64,000 bases of DNA from Candidatus Marinacidobacterales bacterium (GCA_965237955.1 OZ250169.1:4384001-4448000), one strand, 5' to 3'. Positions 51,308-62,886 are shown, counted from the stretch's first letter. A program made the numbers and translations. Notes: generated from the sequence alone by a model not told the origin.

Positions 51308-52774
51308 ATGCGCTCAGTGTCGGAACCCGCCTTGGACCTTACGAAATTGTTGCGCCGATTAGAGCGGGCGGGATAGGCGAAGTCTACAAAGCCAAAGACA
51401 CTCGCCTCGACCGCACCGTCGCTATCAAAGTTCTACCGGAAAACTTCGCTGAGGTTCCCGAACGGAAACAACGCTTCGAGCGCGAAGCGAGGGCAATCTC
51501 AAAGCTGAATCATCCCCACATCTGCATCCTTCACGATGTCGGAAGCCAGGACGGCGTTGAATACCTGGTGATGGAGTACATCGAGGGCGAGACGCTGGCG
51601 GAGAGGCTCGAGAAAGGCGCGCTACCGCTCGACCAAGCTCTCGAATACGGAATCCAGATTGTAGACGGATTGGATACGGCTCACCGCGCAGGGATCGCGC
51701 ACCGAGACCTGAAACCGCCCAACGTCATGTTGACGAAGTCCGGGGTAAAGCTTCTGGACTTCGGGCTCGCGAAGCTCGTCGCGGACGGAAGTGCTTCCGA
51801 CGCGTCTGACGCACCCACTCGACAGCAAAAGCGATGTCATGGTGACAGCGTCGACCCAAAGCATCTTACTGTCCGTTTCCGACACTGGTCTTCTCGCCTT
51901 CGTAGCGGACACGGGTGGGATGGAGCTCGCACGCATCGATCGTGAGGGGAACGCTACGACGCTCATGGTGCGCGATGGCGGATCCCTTCAATGGCCGCGC
52001 GTTTCTCCGGATGGATCGCTCCTCGCTGTGTGCCAGATCTCCGGAAGCGGCGTATGGGATGTGTGGGTGCTAGATCTGGAACGCGGGAGCCGCACGCTGT
52101 TGGCTCCCGGCGGATACATCACTCCCGTGTGGACGCCCGACGGCAAACGCGTTGCCGTCGCTACAGGCGAAACCATCTACTGGGCGCCGGCTGATGGGAG
52201 CGAGGGGCTCGAGCAGCTCGCGAGTCGAGAGCATCAGATCCTTCCAGGCTCGTTTCACCCGGATGGCGACGCTCTTGCTTTTTATGAAGTGCACCCGAGC
52301 ACGCGCCGCGATCTCCACGTGCTCGACCTCGGAGACGGAACGCTGAACCCATTTCTAATGACTTCAGACAACGAGAAAGGTCCTGTCTTCTCGCCCGACG
52401 GACGATTCATCGCGTACGATTCTGATGAATCCGGTCGATACGAAGTTTATGTGCGTCCTTACCCCGGGCCGGGAGGGAAGTGGATCGTGTCGACCAATGG
52501 AGGCAGTGGACCAAGATGGTCTTCGGAAACCGGGGAGCTGTTTTACTGGGAAGGCAGTCAAGTCATGGCTGTTTCGGTGGAGACCGAGCCGGAGTTCGAG
52601 GTGGGGCGACCGTACACTTTGTTCCGTAACTCCCAGGTGGTAAGCAGCACGTACGACGTCGCGCCCGACGGTCAGAGCTTTTTCGTCGTCCGACGGGACT
52701 CCTCCCCGACAGAGCTACGCGTCATCTTCAATTGGTTCGAAGAGCTCGAGCGCCTTGCTCCTGCCGACAACTGA
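51308..52774 (+). pseudogene. Ser/Thr protein kinase-TolB beta-propeller gene, frameshifted and internally deleted
   Basis: ATG out of frame by 1 nt; VAIK, HRDLKPPN, DFGLAK, then jumps to PD40 repeats (SPDG, SDESGRYEVY, NWFEEL); kinase C-lobe missing. Confidence 0.88.
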
Positions 52775-52775
52775 C

Positions 52776-53687
52776 CTAATCCCGCAGCCCCTTCCCCGTT
52801 AGATGCAAGAACACATCACCCAAATCCGGGCGATGCACGTTGAGCTTGTGTACATCGTTCCCCTCGGCCACGACTATGGCGAGGATCGCGGGGAGCGATT
52901 GCGTGGAGCTTTTTCCCGTAAAGAAGTACCCGCCCAGTGAACGTGATACGCCGCCAAGCGACTCGAGTTTTTGTCGAAGCTTCTCCGTCGCAGGTCTCAC
53001 CAAATCCAGCTCGACGGTGTGCTCGAGCGCGGAGCGGTCGACGAGCTCGTCGACGGTGCCTTCGGCGATGAACTGCCCTTCGTCCATGATCGCGACTCGC
53101 CCGCACAGACGCTCGGCCTCTTGCATGTAGTGCGTGGTGAGAAGGAGGGCTGTGCCTTCCTCCGCGAAACCGGCCAGCGCTTCGTAAATGTGCTCGCGGG
53201 ATTGGGGGTCGACGCCGACGGTCGGCTCATCGAGCAACACGACATCGGGCTCGTGGATCACACCGCACGCGAGGTTGAGCCGCCGCTTCATCCCGCCCGA
53301 GAACTGACACACCGGATCGCGCGCGCGCGCCGTCAGCCCGGAAAGCGTCAGCAGCAATTGGGTGCGGCTTCTGACGCGCTCGGTCGATAGGCCGTGGATG
53401 CGTCCGAAAAAGTGCAGGTTCTCTTCCGCGCTCAGCGTTGGGTAGAGCGCGATGGTTTGCGGCACCAGGCCTAACTTGCCCGCGGGTTTGATGGTGCCAC
53501 CCGATGGCTCGAGGATTCCGGCGATCATTTCGATCGTCGTGGTTTTGCCGGCCCCGTTCGGGCCGAGCAGGCCAAAGATCTCACCGCGCCCGAGCGAGAA
53601 CGAAATGGACCGCACCGCTTCTCGCGCTCCGAAGCTCTTCGTGAGCGCGTCGACGTCGAGAAGCGAGTCGTTAATCGAGGGGCGCAT
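52776..53687 (-). CDS. ABC-2 type transporter ATP-binding protein
   Basis: [49 protein letters not shown]. Confidence 0.95.
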   Translation of the reverse strand: MRPSINDSLLDVDALTKSFGAREAVRSISFSLGRGEIFGLLGPNGAGKTTTIEMIAGILEPSGGTIKPAGKLGLVPQTIALYPTLSAEENLHFFGRIHGLSTERVRSRTQLLLTLSGLTARARDPVCQFSGGMKRRLNLACGVIHEPDVVLLDEPTVGVDPQSREHIYEALAGFAEEGTALLLTTHYMQEAERLCGRVAIMDEGQFIAEGTVDELVDRSALEHTVELDLVRPATEKLRQKLESLGGVSRSLGGYFFTGKSSTQSLPAILAIVVAEGNDVHKLNVHRPDLGDVFLHLTGKGLRD

Positions 53688-53702
53688 TGAGTAACGACGC
53701 GC

Positions 53703-55700
53703 TTACACCAGACGCTTCACCGTCTCCGCCACGCTTTCGGGCGTGAGGCCGAGCTTTTCGAAAATGGTGTCGCCCGGTGCCGAAGCGCCGAAGCGATCGA
53801 TTCCAATGGCCCTCCCCTTTTCACCGAGGTAGCGCCGCCAGCCGAGGGTGACGCCGGCTTCGACCGAAACCCGGGCCTTGACCGCTTCGGGAAGGACGGA
53901 CTCCCGATAGTCGTCCGCTTGCGCTTCGAAAAGCTCCCAGCACGGCATCGAGACCACACGGCAACTCACACCCGCTTTTTCGAGAAGCTCGCGCGCCTCG
54001 AGTGCGAGTGCGACTTCCGAGCCGGTTGCGATCACGGCCGCGTCGTCACCCTCCGCGACCACATAAGCGCCGCGCCTCGTCCCGGAGGCATCGCCGTAGC
54101 TCGAGCGATCGATCGTCGCGATTTTCTGGCGGGTCAGAACGAGCGCCGTTGGGCCTTCGGTTCTCTCCATCGCCAAACGCCACGCCTCAGCGGTTTCGTT
54201 CGCATCGGCGGGTCGGATCACGTGCAGGTTGGGAACGACGCGAAGCGCCATGAGATGCTCCACCGGCTGGTGGGTGGGACCGTCTTCGCCCAAGCCGACC
54301 GAATCATGCGTCCACACGTAAATCGCCGGGACCTTGCTGAGCGCAGCGAGACGCACCGCAGGCCGCATGTAGTCGGAGAAAAGGAAAAACGTCGAGGCAT
54401 AGCCGCGCAGGCCGCCGTGGTACGCCATGCCGTTGACGATGCTTCCCATCGCGTGCTCGCGCACACCGAAGTGGATGTTGCGACCTTCACCGGTCTGACC
54501 GTCGAACGAGCCCATGTCTTTGAGCGCGGTCTTGGTCGAAGACGACAGATCGGCATCGCCGCCGAGAAGCTCGGGCACCGCGGCCGCAATCGCGTTCAGC
54601 ACTTTGCCCGACGCTTCGCGCGTGGCGAGATTGTCTCCGGTCTCGAAGCTCGGGATCGCTGCCTCCCATCCCGCGGGAAGCTTATTCGAGAAACGGCGCT
54701 CCCACTCCGCCGCAAGCTCGGGGTGAGCACTTCGATACGACGCGAATCGCTCGTTCCATCGCGATTCGGCTTCGTCGCCACGCTCGATCGCCTTGCCGAA
54801 TTGCCCTTTCGCTTCCTCGGGCACGTAGAACGGCTCCTCGGCGTCCCACCCGAGGCTTTCTTTCGTCAGCGTGACTTCGTCCGCACCGAGCGGTGAGCCG
54901 TGCGCCGACGACGAGCCTTGCTTGTTGGGCGAGCCATACCCGATGGTCGTTTTGACGATGATGATCGACGGCCGCCTCGTTTCTTCCTTCGCTTCCCGAA
55001 TCGCGGCGTCGATCGCCTCGAGATCCGTGTCTCCGTCTTGCACGCGCAGCACGTGCCACCCGTACGCTTGGTAGCGGCGCCCGACGTCCTCAGTGCTGAA
55101 CGTGAGCGACGCCGGCCCGTCGAGGGTGACGTCGTTGGCATCGTAGAGATAGATGAGCTTTCCGAGGCGCACGTGGCCGGCAAACGAAGCCGCTTCCGCG
55201 GAGATTCCCTCCATGAGATCGCCATCCGAGACGAGCGCGTAGGTGTAGTGGTCGACGATCATATGAGAGCGCCGGTTGAAACGGTACGCGAGCGCGCGCT
55301 CCGCGAGCGCCATGCCGACGGCGTTCGCCGAACCTTGGCCGAGAGGGCCGGTGGTCGCTTCGACCCCCGGCGTGTCGAACGACTCGGGATGGCCGGGAGT
55401 GCGACTTCCCCACTGCCGGAAGGCTTTGAGGTCGTCCATGGTGACGTCGTAGCCTGTCAGGTGCAACAGAGCATAGAGCAACATCGAGCCGTGTCCGGCC
55501 GACAAGACGAACCGATCGCGGTCTGGCCAATCGGGATTTTGCGGCTGATGTCGAAGGTGGCGCTGCCACAGCACGTAGGCCATGGGCGCCGCGCCCATAG
55601 GAAGGCCAGGGTGGCCCGAGCTCGCCTTTTGTACCGCATCGATGGCCAGGGTGCGGATTGTGTTGACGCACAGCTGGTCAAGCGCAACTGCGGTGGTCAT
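53703..55700 (-). CDS. tkt: Transketolase
   Basis: [62 protein letters not shown]. Confidence 0.98.
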   Translation of the reverse strand: MTTAVALDQLCVNTIRTLAIDAVQKASSGHPGLPMGAAPMAYVLWQRHLRHQPQNPDWPDRDRFVLSAGHGSMLLYALLHLTGYDVTMDDLKAFRQWGSRTPGHPESFDTPGVEATTGPLGQGSANAVGMALAERALAYRFNRRSHMIVDHYTYALVSDGDLMEGISAEAASFAGHVRLGKLIYLYDANDVTLDGPASLTFSTEDVGRRYQAYGWHVLRVQDGDTDLEAIDAAIREAKEETRRPSIIIVKTTIGYGSPNKQGSSSAHGSPLGADEVTLTKESLGWDAEEPFYVPEEAKGQFGKAIERGDEAESRWNERFASYRSAHPELAAEWERRFSNKLPAGWEAAIPSFETGDNLATREASGKVLNAIAAAVPELLGGDADLSSSTKTALKDMGSFDGQTGEGRNIHFGVREHAMGSIVNGMAYHGGLRGYASTFFLFSDYMRPAVRLAALSKVPAIYVWTHDSVGLGEDGPTHQPVEHLMALRVVPNLHVIRPADANETAEAWRLAMERTEGPTALVLTRQKIATIDRSSYGDASGTRRGAYVVAEGDDAAVIATGSEVALALEARELLEKAGVSCRVVSMPCWELFEAQADDYRESVLPEAVKARVSVEAGVTLGWRRYLGEKGRAIGIDRFGASAPGDTIFEKLGLTPESVAETVKRLV

Positions 55701-55850
55701 GCTTCGAATCCTCCTTGTGGAACCCCTGAAGAATGCCGGAAAAGAATCCGGAGAATATCAAGACGAGACGCGCCGCACAAGCTGAAAAGGCTGAAGTTGG
55801 CCCAGCTAACCAGCTAATATTCAATGGCTTACCCAAAAAAGCATCTCACG

Positions 55851-55866
55851 AGTTAACTTTTTCACA
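55851..55866. promoter_or_regulatory. Possible Crp-type operator between tkt and crp
   Basis: AGTTA-N6-TCACA versus consensus TGTGA-N6-TCACA. Confidence 0.35.
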
Positions 55867-55900
55867 GTCTATGGGTCGCAAGAATCGGTAACGTCGTTTT

Positions 55901-56614
55901 ATGGCGACGCTTATAAGAAGTAGTGAAGGCAGTTCCCAATTTCTCCGGGGGAGCACGGAAGTCGATCCCCAGGGATCCCTGGCCGAAGTCCCACTCTTCC
56001 GCGTCTTGTCCGGCGACGAGCTCGAAGAGCTTCTGGCCGCGAGCACGAGCCACCGCGTTCACCGTCAGCAAGTCGTCTTTTGCGAAGGCGAGAAGCTGAC
56101 GCACCTCTACCTCGCCCAAACCGGAAGCATCAAGCTCGTCCGCCACTCAGAGGACGGGAAGGAACTGATCGTCGCGCTGGCGCGTCCGGGAGAATGCTTC
56201 GGGGCGCTCGCCGACCCGCTGGAATCCCGAACGCTCGCCCAGGCGCTCGAGGATTCGGTGCTCCTCGTCGTTCCCCTTTCTGCGGTCCGGCACACACTGG
56301 CGCAAAATCCCCGGTTCGCGACCGGCCTCCTTCGGCAAGCTCTGAAACGGCACCAAGACGCCGAAACCGCAGCGACGCGGCTCGCGTTCGAGACTGTCCC
56401 CCAGCGCCTGGCGCATCTGCTGCTCGAAGTATCGGATCCGCACTCCGGCAAGCTCGCGACCCCTCTGAATCAGACCGAAATCGCGAACTTGATCGGGAGC
56501 AGCCGGGAAACGGTGTGCTCCATCCTCAACCAGTTCCGCCGGCAAAGGTTACTCGACATCGACCGTGGCCGGCTTCGCATCGTGGAACGCGCGCTTCTGA
56601 CCGACGTCAAATAA
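55901..56614 (+). CDS. Crp/Fnr family transcriptional regulator
   Basis: cNMP-binding fold (GSIKL..DGKE..PGECFG), QRLAHLL, HTH NQTEIANLIGSSRETV. Confidence 0.93.
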   Translation: MATLIRSSEGSSQFLRGSTEVDPQGSLAEVPLFRVLSGDELEELLAASTSHRVHRQQVVFCEGEKLTHLYLAQTGSIKLVRHSEDGKELIVALARPGECFGALADPLESRTLAQALEDSVLLVVPLSAVRHTLAQNPRFATGLLRQALKRHQDAETAATRLAFETVPQRLAHLLLEVSDPHSGKLATPLNQTEIANLIGSSRETVCSILNQFRRQRLLDIDRGRLRIVERALLTDVK

Positions 56615-56661
56615 GCCAGATTCGCACCTAAAGTACCCCGTCCGCCAGCCGATAGAGCGAT

Positions 56662-58866
56662 GTGGATCCGCTGTCGACGACGAAGCCTCGCCCGAGCCAA
56701 GAAGACGAATCCGAGGTCGAGATTCAGAGCGCGGAAGCGCATGCTCTCCAGCCCGGCCGCCCTGACCATCCCGACGAGCGCATCCTCTACGTCGACGACG
56801 ACGATATCGCTCGCGAGGCGTTCGCGGACGCGGCCATCCAGCTAGGCTTTCGGGTCGATACCGCCGACGGCGGCGGCGAGGCGCTCACGATGGCGAGCCG
56901 GCGCCGTTACGCCGTCATCGCGGCGGATATACGCATGCCCACGTTGAACGGGCTCTCGCTGATCCAGCTGCTCCGGCCCAAGCGGCCCGACGCAACCTAT
57001 CTGATCGTCACCGGCGCGTCCCACCTCGACCTGCCGAGCCAGGCCAACGGCGAGCCGCTCGTGGACGAGATCGTCTCGAAGCCGTGGACACTGAGCCAGC
57101 TCGCGAAGATTCTCAAACGCGCCGTCGACCGCGCGCGCGCGCGCCAGTCGGATGGCTCCGCAAAGCAGCCGCAGGATCTTCCCATCCTCGTCGTCGAAGA
57201 CGATCCCGAAAACGTCACCATCTTACGCAAGCTCATGGCCGAGAGCTTGCCCGACACGAGCTGTGTGCACGCGCAAAGTCTTTCGCACGCGATCGAGATG
57301 CTCGCGGAGCGCGCGTTCCGCCTCGCGGTCGTCGATCTGGAGCTTGCGGACAGCGGCGGACTCGAGACGGTGCTGAGCTTGAGGCGCACCGTTCCGGAGC
57401 TCCCCCTCGTCGTTCTCGGAGTTCTCGACGATGAGCTCGTCCAAAACCAAGTCTTGAAAGCGGGCGCGCAAGACTACCTCGTCAAGAGCCGCCTCGACGA
57501 GTACAACCTGAGACGCTCGGTGCGTTACGCGCTCGAGCGCAAGGAACTCGAGGACCGTCTCACGTTCCTCTCGCAAAGCGATCCGGTGACCGGCCTACCC
57601 AACCGAGCGTCGCTCCTCCAAGATCTCGGGCGCGCCGTCAGCCGCGCGAGAAGCCCGGACGCGAAGGTCGCGGTGCTGCTGCTCGACCTGGATCGATTCA
57701 AGATCGTCAACGAATCTCTCGGCCACGACATGGGGGACCGTCTCCTCAAAGTGGTTGCCGATCGCTTGCGTGAGAATCTGAGAGACGTCGACATCTCCGC
57801 CAGACTCGGGGGTGACGAATTCGCGATCCTCCTCGAAGGTGTATCGAGCGACGACGAAGCGGTGGCTACCGCACAACGTCTGTTGGAGGCGCTCACACCT
57901 CCCGCAAGACTCAACGACTACGAGATCGCATCGACGGGCAGTATCGGCGTCGCGCTCTATCCCGACCACGCGGAATCGGCGACAGAGCTACTCCAGCGCG
58001 CCGACCGCGCCATGTACCGCGCCAAACAAAACGGGCGGGACGGCTACGCGCTCTACAGCGACGAGAACGAGGAATCCCGCTCCGGTGTTTTGGAGCGACT
58101 CACGTTCGAAAGCGGGATCCGCCACGCGCTCGAGCGCGACGAGTACGTCGTGTTCTTCCAGCCGCAGCTGACGCTCGATCGAAAGCGATTGGTCGCGGTG
58201 GAAGCTCTCGTCCGCTGGAACCATCCCAAAGCGAGTCTCGTCCCGCCGGGGCGTTTCATGCCGTTTCTGGAGAGCTCGGGCCTCATCAAAGGTGTGGGCG
58301 ATTGGGTGCTCCAGACCTCGTGCCACCAGGTCAAGCTCTGGCAGGATGAAGTCTTTCCCGAGCTGCGGGTATCGGTGAATCTATCCGCGCGGCAGTTCGA
58401 AGGCACCGACCTCGTGGCCACGGTGGAGCGGGCGCTCTCGGAGTCGGGGCTTCCGGCAACCGATCTCGAGCTCGAGATCACCGAAAGTCTCTTGATGCGC
58501 GATACCGAACGTACGCGAGCAACGCTTCAAGAGTTGAAAGCGCTCGGTGTACGCATCGCCATCGACGACTTCGGCACCGGGTATTCTTCGCTTGCTTACC
58601 TGACGACGTTTCCTCTCGATTGCCTCAAGATCGACCGCAGTTTCGTCCACGACATCACCACCAACGACGACGACCGCACCGTCGCCGAGGCGATCATTGG
58701 CTTGGGTCACAACCTTCGGCTCGACGTCGTCGCGGAAGGTGTCGAGACCGAGGAACAGCTTGGGCTTTTGAGCGGGTGCGACGGTTTCCAGGGATTTCTG
58801 ATCAGCCGCCCACAACCATCCCAAGCAGCTCGACAGCTATTGGCACAGTACTCCCGCGCTCCGTAA
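56662..58866 (+). CDS. REC-REC-GGDEF-EAL c-di-GMP enzyme
   Basis: Two receiver domains, DPVTGLPNR, RLGGDEF, EALVRW, EITES, DDFGTGYSSL, KIDRSF, AEGVE. Confidence 0.95.
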   Translation: MDPLSTTKPRPSQEDESEVEIQSAEAHALQPGRPDHPDERILYVDDDDIAREAFADAAIQLGFRVDTADGGGEALTMASRRRYAVIAADIRMPTLNGLSLIQLLRPKRPDATYLIVTGASHLDLPSQANGEPLVDEIVSKPWTLSQLAKILKRAVDRARARQSDGSAKQPQDLPILVVEDDPENVTILRKLMAESLPDTSCVHAQSLSHAIEMLAERAFRLAVVDLELADSGGLETVLSLRRTVPELPLVVLGVLDDELVQNQVLKAGAQDYLVKSRLDEYNLRRSVRYALERKELEDRLTFLSQSDPVTGLPNRASLLQDLGRAVSRARSPDAKVAVLLLDLDRFKIVNESLGHDMGDRLLKVVADRLRENLRDVDISARLGGDEFAILLEGVSSDDEAVATAQRLLEALTPPARLNDYEIASTGSIGVALYPDHAESATELLQRADRAMYRAKQNGRDGYALYSDENEESRSGVLERLTFESGIRHALERDEYVVFFQPQLTLDRKRLVAVEALVRWNHPKASLVPPGRFMPFLESSGLIKGVGDWVLQTSCHQVKLWQDEVFPELRVSVNLSARQFEGTDLVATVERALSESGLPATDLELEITESLLMRDTERTRATLQELKALGVRIAIDDFGTGYSSLAYLTTFPLDCLKIDRSFVHDITTNDDDRTVAEAIIGLGHNLRLDVVAEGVETEEQLGLLSGCDGFQGFLISRPQPSQAARQLLAQYSRAP

Positions 58867-59005
58867 GAGCGCATCGCCTCAAAAACCCGAGCTCCGCGCA
58901 AACACCATACGGTTTCCGCTCGGGAAGCGGATCGTCATCGACGCTTCGCCCACCTTCAGGTACGGATCCTCGCACCAACGGGCCCTCAATTGGAAATCTG
59001 TTACC

Positions 59006-59965
59006 ATGGGCCGTTTCGAGCATTGGGTTTATGGAGTCGGGGTCGTGAACGCTAGACCGATTACTGTCGTCCTTGTTGTGGTTCTCGTCATGCTGGTTCT
59101 CCTTGGCGGCTGCTCCCTCAAGAGCCGCGCCGTCGATACTCTCGCCGACGTGCTCGGTGACGGCGAAGCCGTCTATCTCTCGGACGAAGACCCGGAGCTC
59201 ATCGCCGCAGCGCTTCCGTTCAACATGAAAACGATGGAGACGCTGCTCGAGACCAACCCCAACCATCGAGGTCTGCTCCTCACCTCGACGAAATCATTCA
59301 TTCTCTACACGTACGCTTTCGTCGAGCCTGAAACGCGTGAGTTGGAATACACCGAGTTCGACGAAGCCGAAGCGGTGCGGCTTCGTGCCGCACGGCTGTA
59401 CCGCCGTGCCTACCGCTACGGCATCCGCGGACTCGAAGTCGAACATCCGGGTATTGGCGAGCGTCTGAGCGCTAGCCCCGACGAAGTGGCACAAGGCCTT
59501 ACCCTCGAGGACGTCCCTCTTACGGTCTGGACCGCCGCCGCCCTTGGCGGCGCGATCGGCGTCGCCATCGACGATCCGGAATCGACCGCCGATATCGCCG
59601 TCGTCGGCGCGTTGTTAGAGCGGGCGCTCTCGCTCGACGAAGATTTCGAGAGCGGCACCATCCATGAATTCTTGTTCTCGTACGAGGCAGGGAGGCTCGG
59701 TGGCGACATGGAGAAAGCGCGCATGCACTACGATCGCGCTCTCGCGCTCGGTCCCAGCAAAAAGCCTTCGATCTGGCTGAGCTGGGCCGAGAGCGTTTCC
59801 GTGGCCCAACAAAACCGGAGTGAGTTCCTGGAGCTCGTAGAACAGGTGCTCGAGTTCGACGTGAGCGCCTATCCCGAAAACCGGTTGCTCAACATCCTGG
59901 CACAGCGACGAGCTCGATGGTTGCAAGACACCGTCGACGAGCTCTTTTTGGAAAGTGGAACCTGA
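59006..59965 (+). CDS. TRAP-associated TatT (TPR lipoprotein) component; start may be GTG 59045
   Basis: Lipobox LGGC, DEDPELIAAALPF, YAFVE, RLLNILAQRRARWL; directly upstream of dctP. Confidence 0.85.
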   Translation: MGRFEHWVYGVGVVNARPITVVLVVVLVMLVLLGGCSLKSRAVDTLADVLGDGEAVYLSDEDPELIAAALPFNMKTMETLLETNPNHRGLLLTSTKSFILYTYAFVEPETRELEYTEFDEAEAVRLRAARLYRRAYRYGIRGLEVEHPGIGERLSASPDEVAQGLTLEDVPLTVWTAAALGGAIGVAIDDPESTADIAVVGALLERALSLDEDFESGTIHEFLFSYEAGRLGGDMEKARMHYDRALALGPSKKPSIWLSWAESVSVAQQNRSEFLELVEQVLEFDVSAYPENRLLNILAQRRARWLQDTVDELFLESGT

Positions 59966-59966
59966 G

Positions 59967-60989
59967 ATGAAGCGCGGACTGAGCAACTTGTCTAGAGGCT
60001 TCCTGTGCACCCTACTTCTATCGGCGGCAATGGCGGCCGAAGCTCGCGTCGTGGTGCGGCTAGGTACAGTGGCGCCTAAAGGCTCTTCCTGGGAGCTTCT
60101 CATGAGGCGCATGGGCGCCGAATGGGGTAAAGCGACCGATGGAGAAGTGCGGTTGCGCATCTACGCCGGCGGCACGGTGGGCGACGAAGGCGAGATGATC
60201 CGCAAGATGCGCATCGGCCAGCTGCAGGCCGCCGGCATCTCGAACGCCGGGCTTGCCGAGCTCGATCCCAGAGCCTATGCCCTCATGCTCCCGATGATGT
60301 TCGAATCCTACGAAGAGTGGGACTACGTCCGCAACGAGATCAACCCGATTCTCGAGAAGAATCTGGCCGAGAAAGGATTCATCGTTCTTACGTGGTCCGA
60401 CGTCGGCTGGGTGTATTTCTTCACCAAAGCTCCGATGCGCACGCCTACTGACCTCGCGGGCATGAAGCTTGCCGGCTCGCATACCGAGACGCGGACGATC
60501 GACATCTTCAAGTGGGCTGGATTCAACCCGGTGCCGATATCGACCGTCGACATGATGACCGGGCTCCAAACGGGCTTGGTTGACTCGACCTACGTGCCTC
60601 TCATTCTCGCGGAAGGCTCCCAGCTCTATCGTCAGGTGTCGCACATGACCGATATGAAGTGGGCGCCCCTTCAAGGCGCCATCGTCATGCACGAGAACGG
60701 TTGGAAGAAGCTCACCCCCGATCAGCAGGCCGACGTGCTCCGGATCACACGCAAAATCGGTGAAGAGCAACGACAATCGAACCGGCAACATGAACAGCGC
60801 TCGCTCGATGCCATGACCAAACGAGGGCTTCAAGTCATCGACGTGACCGACGAGATCCTCGACGAATGGCGTGCGGTCGCGGAGAAAGCGTACCCGCGGG
60901 TGCGCGACGACCTGGTACCCCCCGAGATTTTCGATCGCGTCGAAGAGCTCCGGGACGAATTTCGAGCGCGGCAGGCCAGCCAACCCTGA
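59967..60989 (+). CDS. dctP: TRAP transporter substrate-binding protein
   Basis: LGTVAPKGSSW, GDEGEMIRKMRIGQLQAA, LQTGLVD. Confidence 0.92.
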   Translation: MKRGLSNLSRGFLCTLLLSAAMAAEARVVVRLGTVAPKGSSWELLMRRMGAEWGKATDGEVRLRIYAGGTVGDEGEMIRKMRIGQLQAAGISNAGLAELDPRAYALMLPMMFESYEEWDYVRNEINPILEKNLAEKGFIVLTWSDVGWVYFFTKAPMRTPTDLAGMKLAGSHTETRTIDIFKWAGFNPVPISTVDMMTGLQTGLVDSTYVPLILAEGSQLYRQVSHMTDMKWAPLQGAIVMHENGWKKLTPDQQADVLRITRKIGEEQRQSNRQHEQRSLDAMTKRGLQVIDVTDEILDEWRAVAEKAYPRVRDDLVPPEIFDRVEELRDEFRARQASQP

Positions 60990-62833
60990 GCGAAATCATA
61001 AAAGACCCCGGGCCCGAGGCGGCGCCTCTTCCGCCTTTCAAGGGGCTCCATGCTTTCGAAAACGGTATCTCTATCGCGGCGCTCTTCACCATGGCGCTTC
61101 TGCCGCTCGCAGAAGCGATCGTCCGCACGGTGTATCCGGGCGGGATTTCCGGCTCGACCATCTGGGTGCAACACCTTGCTCTCTGGGTCGCTTTTCTCGG
61201 TGCCGCGATCGCCGCGCGTCGTGGCGAGCTGTTGTCGTTGACGGCGGGGGCCCAGCTCGCGGGGGCGCGCTCCCGCGCGTGGATCGATATCGTCGTCGGT
61301 GGTATCAGTGTCGCCGTTTGTCTCGTTCTTCTGTACGGAAGCCTGGTGCTCGTTTACGTCGAGCGCGACGGCGGGCGGACGATCGGGGTCGGTCTTCCCG
61401 TCTGGATCGCACAGGCGATCATGCCAGTCGGGTTTGCACTGATCGGCGTGCGCCTTCTGCTGAGAGCGTCACCGAACTGGAAAGGACGACTACTCGCGGC
61501 GAGTTTCGCACTCGTGCCACTCGTGCTGTGGCGCTTCGAAGCCCTTCAAGAAACGAGCTTGTACTTGCCGCTCGTCGTTGCCCTCATTGGGGCCACCGCG
61601 CTCGGCGCGCCGATCTTCGTCGGCATCGGCGGCGTAGCCGCGGTCCTGTTGTGGCACGACTTCTTCCCCGTCGCCGCGATCCCGACCGAGGCTTACAACC
61701 TCGCGATCAAACCTATTCTTCCGACGATCCCGTTGTTCACGCTCGCGGGCTTCATCCTTGCGGAAGGGGGAACGCCGCGTCGACTCGTAGAGCTCTTCAC
61801 TGCACTCGTCGGTTGGCTTCCTGGCGGCGTGGCCGTGGTCGCGATCGTGGTGTGCGCGTTTTTTACGAGCTTCACCGGCGGAAGCGGCGTGACCATCCTC
61901 GCCATGGGCGGGCTGTTGTTCCCGATGCTGCTCGATCGGAAGTACACGCCGAAGTTCGCGACCGGGCTTTTGACGTCGGCAGGCTCGCTGGGGCTGCTGT
62001 TCCCGCCGTCGCTCGCCGTCATCCTCTATGGCCTCGTCGCGAAGGTCGAGGTCCGGCAGCTTTTCGTCGCCGGGTTCATTCCCGCGGTCCTCGAGATCGG
62101 GATCGTGGCCGCGTTCGCGCTCTACCTGGCAAGGAAAGTCCGGATCGAGCGTGTCTCGTTCGAGTCCAGACGCGCCGTGAAGGCGCTCTGGATCGCGAAG
62201 TGGGAAGTCGCGATTCCGGTGGTCGTTCTCGGGAGCATCCTCGGGGGGTTTGCCACGCTCGTCGAGGCTTCCGCCATCACCGTGCTCTACGCTTTCATCC
62301 TCGAGTTCGTCATCCACCGCGACTTGAAGATCAAACAGGATCTGCTGCGCGTCGGCGGCGACGCGGCGACGTTGATCGGCGGCGTGCTCATCATCCTCGG
62401 CGTCGCGCTCGGGTTGACGAACTACTTGATCTTCGCCGAAATCCCTCAGGCGGCGGTGGAGTCGGTGCAGACCATCGTGAGCTCACCGCTCGTGTTCCTC
62501 CTGCTGCTCAACATCTTTTTGCTGATCGTCGGGTGCTTGATGGATATCTACTCGGCGATCGTCGTGGTCGTCCCCCTCATCACTCCTCTCGGCCTGGTCT
62601 TCGGCATCGACCCGTTCCACCTCGGCATCATCTTTCTTACCAATATGGAGCTCGGTTACCTCACCCCTCCCGTGGGGATGAACCTCTTTTTGGCCTCGTA
62701 CCGGTTCAAGCAGCCGCTTCCGGATGTTTATCGTGCGGCGCTGCCCTTTCTGGTGATCCGCGCGGTGGCCGTGCTACTCGTAACTTACGTGCCATGGCTG
62801 ACGCAGTTCCTGCCAGCGCTGCTGTTGCGGTAG
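60986..62833 (+). CDS. TRAP transporter fused DctQ-DctM permease (start uncertain)
   Basis: DctQ-like 4 TM, then TIPLFTLAG, FTGGSGVTI, GSLGLLFPPS, GYLTPPVGMNLF. Confidence 0.92.
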   Translation: MSEIIKDPGPEAAPLPPFKGLHAFENGISIAALFTMALLPLAEAIVRTVYPGGISGSTIWVQHLALWVAFLGAAIAARRGELLSLTAGAQLAGARSRAWIDIVVGGISVAVCLVLLYGSLVLVYVERDGGRTIGVGLPVWIAQAIMPVGFALIGVRLLLRASPNWKGRLLAASFALVPLVLWRFEALQETSLYLPLVVALIGATALGAPIFVGIGGVAAVLLWHDFFPVAAIPTEAYNLAIKPILPTIPLFTLAGFILAEGGTPRRLVELFTALVGWLPGGVAVVAIVVCAFFTSFTGGSGVTILAMGGLLFPMLLDRKYTPKFATGLLTSAGSLGLLFPPSLAVILYGLVAKVEVRQLFVAGFIPAVLEIGIVAAFALYLARKVRIERVSFESRRAVKALWIAKWEVAIPVVVLGSILGGFATLVEASAITVLYAFILEFVIHRDLKIKQDLLRVGGDAATLIGGVLIILGVALGLTNYLIFAEIPQAAVESVQTIVSSPLVFLLLLNIFLLIVGCLMDIYSAIVVVVPLITPLGLVFGIDPFHLGIIFLTNMELGYLTPPVGMNLFLASYRFKQPLPDVYRAALPFLVIRAVAVLLVTYVPWLTQFLPALLLR

Positions 62834-62886
62834 CACCTCCCCTGCCCCTGTCCGTCCCCGTTCGCGACGGGCGCCATCGTTTGTCT

